DNA of 64,000 bases from the IMG/VR virus record IMGVR_UViG_3300034418_007369, positions 16,292 to 80,291 of that record, one strand, 5' to 3'. Source of the DNA: a virus. The position numbers and the translations under genes were made by a program. The notes below the pieces were generated by a model. That model was not told the DNA's origin. It saw only the letters and a program-made list of their open reading frames with translations, and searched no databases. Positions 62,701 to 64,000 of this stretch are shown here, piece after piece (within the stretch, counting starts at the first letter, position 1; each line of letters opens with the position of its first letter).

Positions 62701-64000
62701 AGCTCTTCAAGTTTTTTGTCAAAATCTTGTTTTATTTTATTAATTTTTTCTTTTTGTAGAAGATCGCCATCGGTCTCAACGGGCGGCGTCGTAGGCTTCT
62801 TAGACGGAGAACTATCTAAATCACCTAAGTCATTTGCAAAAGTTTCAGTATATGTGTCATAAAGATCTGGAGCTTTTCTATAATCTATATCGGTAATTTG
62901 AGACCAACCAAAATGATCCAAAGCTTTTTTTTGTTCTTCTGAACCGTCGTACCTTATTGTGTTTTTAGCCTTTGTAAGAATAGATGCTACAAAGTCTTTG
63001 TCCGCGCTACCACTATCAAAATATTTCTTGAGGACTTTATTAAATTCATTCCCTCTGTTACTCACAGAAGCCCAATTAACATCTTTAAGATTTTCATACT
63101 TGGTTAAAGATTGAGCCACTAAAAACTCTTCTTCGAGAAAAGCATAAGCTTGAGCAAGCTCAGAAGCCAAGCTTTGTACTTCGGGAGCATACAAGAATTC
63201 CTCTCTACCATAGGCATCGCGAGCCATATTTTTGATAGAGTCAACCTCTAGCGATACACCAGAAGACCTTTTCCACTCTTCAGCTATCGCCTTATACATC
63301 TCATCATTTAAGACATGGCCATCTCTCTGCAAATCCGCAAGATAATCAGACATGGCATGTAAACTTTCGTGCTCCAAGTCTTGTATATGAAGCTCGTGCT
63401 TGCTACCTTTGTAGTTCTCTTTTCTATTGCTATTCAGGTAAATATCGGCAGACTGGTACTTGGATCTGGGGTCATGTATATTTTTGTTATAAAAAGCCCT
63501 ATTCTTATCAAGTTCACCATCAAAATTCCAATATTTAATATCTATATTCTTAAAACGATTTCTCGCGCCCTGTCTTATTTTCTCTACATCTCCACCATCT
63601 TCAAAATACTGAGCGCCAAACCCAAAACCACCCCCGCGTCGAGACCCCCGCTGTTGCTGCGTCATCTGCTGCATCATCTGCTGCATCATCATTTGCTGCA
63701 TCATCTGCTGTTGCTGCATCATCATTTGCATCATGAACTGGTTCTGCATCTGCTGCGGATCTACAACAGGGGCCGAAGGAGCGGTTGGCGAGGCTGTACC
63801 AGCAGCGCCAAAAACGGTTGCCCACGTCGCCCCATCCTCATTCGGGTATAAAGGCGGTCTTGTGGTAGAGGACGCCCCAGATGACGATCCAGACGAAGGC
63901 GCTCCACCTCTTTCTGCGAGGTCTAGCGACATCGTTCCGTAACCTCTAGCGCTGTACGTATCTCTCCCGGTTAGCCTTTTTTTACGTCTGGCAGCCGCGC
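59715..64000 (-). CDS. tape-measure-like protein, C-terminal part (start lies beyond the window)
   Basis: Frame open to the window end; C-terminal FANGG...DTIPAMLTPGEFVMSKSAV...G..FMQKLN is typical of tape-measure C-termini; lies upstream of tail genes. Confidence 0.75.
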   Translation of the reverse strand, partial: AAARRKKRLTGRDTYSARGYGTMSLDLAERGGAPSSGSSSGASSTTRPPLYPNEDGATWATVFGAAGTASPTAPSAPVVDPQQMQNQFMMQMMMQQQQMMQQMMMQQMMQQMTQQQRGSRRGGGFGFGAQYFEDGGDVEKIRQGARNRFKNIDIKYWNFDGELDKNRAFYNKNIHDPRSKYQSADIYLNSNRKENYKGSKHELHIQDLEHESLHAMSDYLADLQRDGHVLNDEMYKAIAEEWKRSSGVSLEVDSIKNMARDAYGREEFLYAPEVQSLASELAQAYAFLEEEFLVAQSLTKYENLKDVNWASVSNRGNEFNKVLKKYFDSGSADKDFVASILTKAKNTIRYDGSEEQKKALDHFGWSQITDIDYRKAPDLYDTYTETFANDLGDLDSSPSKKPTTPPVETDGDLLQKEKINKIKQDFDKKLEELKIGKSKSVENWYNYAPDKSDVGGIDISNRVKDGRISKSMSLYFAQDAIADLKDTYGEGAITEDVLSYITKRINEVQDSGIGLDQIQKMSEGAQYRQDLLYGDTGIVDTPDLKTATSGMGGLFTTFKNESVVAPPGTSPAYAHSKEKVKTLDDYLLEKNLDPEIAKDYFDRMSAELGDRANPYLLGPLVDGYQKLLINPNSILRERQAPQIPTDEKPFAPVIPVPNDPTTDPAAPKPTAPKPTAPKPTAPKPTVPKPTMPKPTTPKPTAPKPTAPTPIVPFEAPGVGTVQTPAQKTPKTGIVRVNPNNPTTQETPKVKFGPRKDPSYKKEEQEQIRFRRTGYTSRRRERLTGAKTYTYPGARQYTDSEGNTRYAAVTRSGPPTRDGAEFSASERIKEYNAQKYGNKFGYGRGGSRRQGQQQQMTPQQQFNQRMMNQMMMNQQMMNQAALGGGFVNSLAGRGNRRNSNNMIRYGTIPGSPYNSMLGAGGYNLPMVNKYMYLAGGAAYFANGGPVYRSGGSIRPEAWRMADESMYGPPPVGIDEELAKQAGRRNRNRTANNPGGLYGAGYQEDERTREFWERRNRPDNVGQVLDKNHVLGSKNVKNWRGIRTQEDLENIGAVKRGGAAARRKKRLTGRDTYSARGYGTMSLDLAERGGVPVVEEPASPSDKGSVPTTPTAPTTPTAPAASVAKGTGSLFGGIINYITKALTTQTVKSDASQQATQGQQQLAPEQQQFMQQLTPEQQQFMQQQQFNQQMMNQMMMNQQMMNQGNLGRGFVDSLAGRGNRNSNMVPFGYIPGSPYNSMLGRGGYNIPMFDKRMLFGNAAAFFANGGANGQDTIPAMLTPGEFVMSKSAVGKYGSSFMQKLNRGEVQGFNKGGPVQYRQQGGILGSPAGAASSLGIDTSGIQNTFDSFVANFSSVFDNISSAFSGLERVAQIFAKGFDMSHQVDVGGQINIAGINVEAIKDELSGFIGKYVADEVSKKMDEQNNKFQSGG
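60207..60460 (-). repeat. second copy of an ~85-aa Q/M-rich to FANGG coding module
   Basis: QQQFNQQMMNQMMMNQQMMNQ..LG.GFVDSLAGRGN...IPGSPYNSMLG.GGYN.PM...FANGG, homologous to 61170-61427. Confidence 0.85.
60734..60832. repeat. 99-bp exact direct repeat, copy 1
   Basis: Identical to 63902-64000 (CTCCACCTCTTTCTGCGAGG...GGCAGCCGCGC). Confidence 0.9.
61170..61427 (-). repeat. first copy of an ~85-aa Q/M-rich to FANGG coding module
   Basis: Homologous to 60207-60460. Confidence 0.85.
61879..62003 (-). repeat. 15-bp tandem repeat encoding (PTAPK)n
   Basis: About 8 units of TTTGGCGCGGTCGGC on the + strand, with variants encoding PTVPK, PTMPK and PTTPK. Confidence 0.92.
63651..63755 (-). repeat. 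low-complexity Gln/Met tract
   Basis: CAG/ATG-rich sequence encoding QQMQNQFMMQMMMQQQQMMQQMMMQQMMQQMTQQQ. Confidence 0.88.
63902..64000. repeat. 99-bp exact direct repeat, copy 2 (runs off the window end)
   Basis: Identical to 60734-60832. Confidence 0.9.

Noticed and set aside
1-64000. Stop-codon reassignment
   Set aside because: Conserved genes are full length in the standard code, and TAG, TGA and TAA all end recognisable proteins at expected C-termini.

Overview
The window is a 64-kb segment of a large, gene-dense tailed dsDNA bacteriophage genome read in the standard code. I saw no rRNA, tRNA, CRISPR array or IS element. Positions 1-45927 are on the + strand. They hold a 5'-truncated basic modular protein, a phage sigma-70-type factor and a putative lysis/envelope cassette (TM-PAS protein, 2-TM holin-like protein, papain-family protease, lipoprotein, membrane proteins). 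Nucleotide metabolism follows (class II RNR, dUTPase, PhoH, dNMP kinase), then a replication/recombination module (RecA, DnaB, DnaG, Cas4-like nuclease, SSB). Its DNA polymerase III alpha subunit (DnaE) is split into two intein-less genes, with a DEDDh proofreading exonuclease nested between them. A roughly 20-kb glycan biosynthesis and decoration cluster follows, with many GT4/GT2/GT47 glycosyltransferases, RmlA/RmlB/RmlD-like enzymes, GDP-fucose synthase, sugar aminotransferase, acetyl- and methyltransferases, a sulfotransferase-like gene and cytidylyltransferases, but no export or polymerase genes. Positions 45929-64000 are on the - strand: a tail module (repeat-rich tape-measure-like protein truncated by the window end, a 1770-aa tail protein, other structural genes) that runs into further glycan-modifying genes and a 2OG-Fe(II) oxygenase. 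The strongest candidates for new biology are the split DnaE with nested exonuclease, the phage-autonomous glycosylation system with possible Ser-Gly and PTAPK acceptor motifs in virion proteins, and the PAS-sensor/protease envelope cassette. All functional calls come from recognising motifs by eye; no database search was run.
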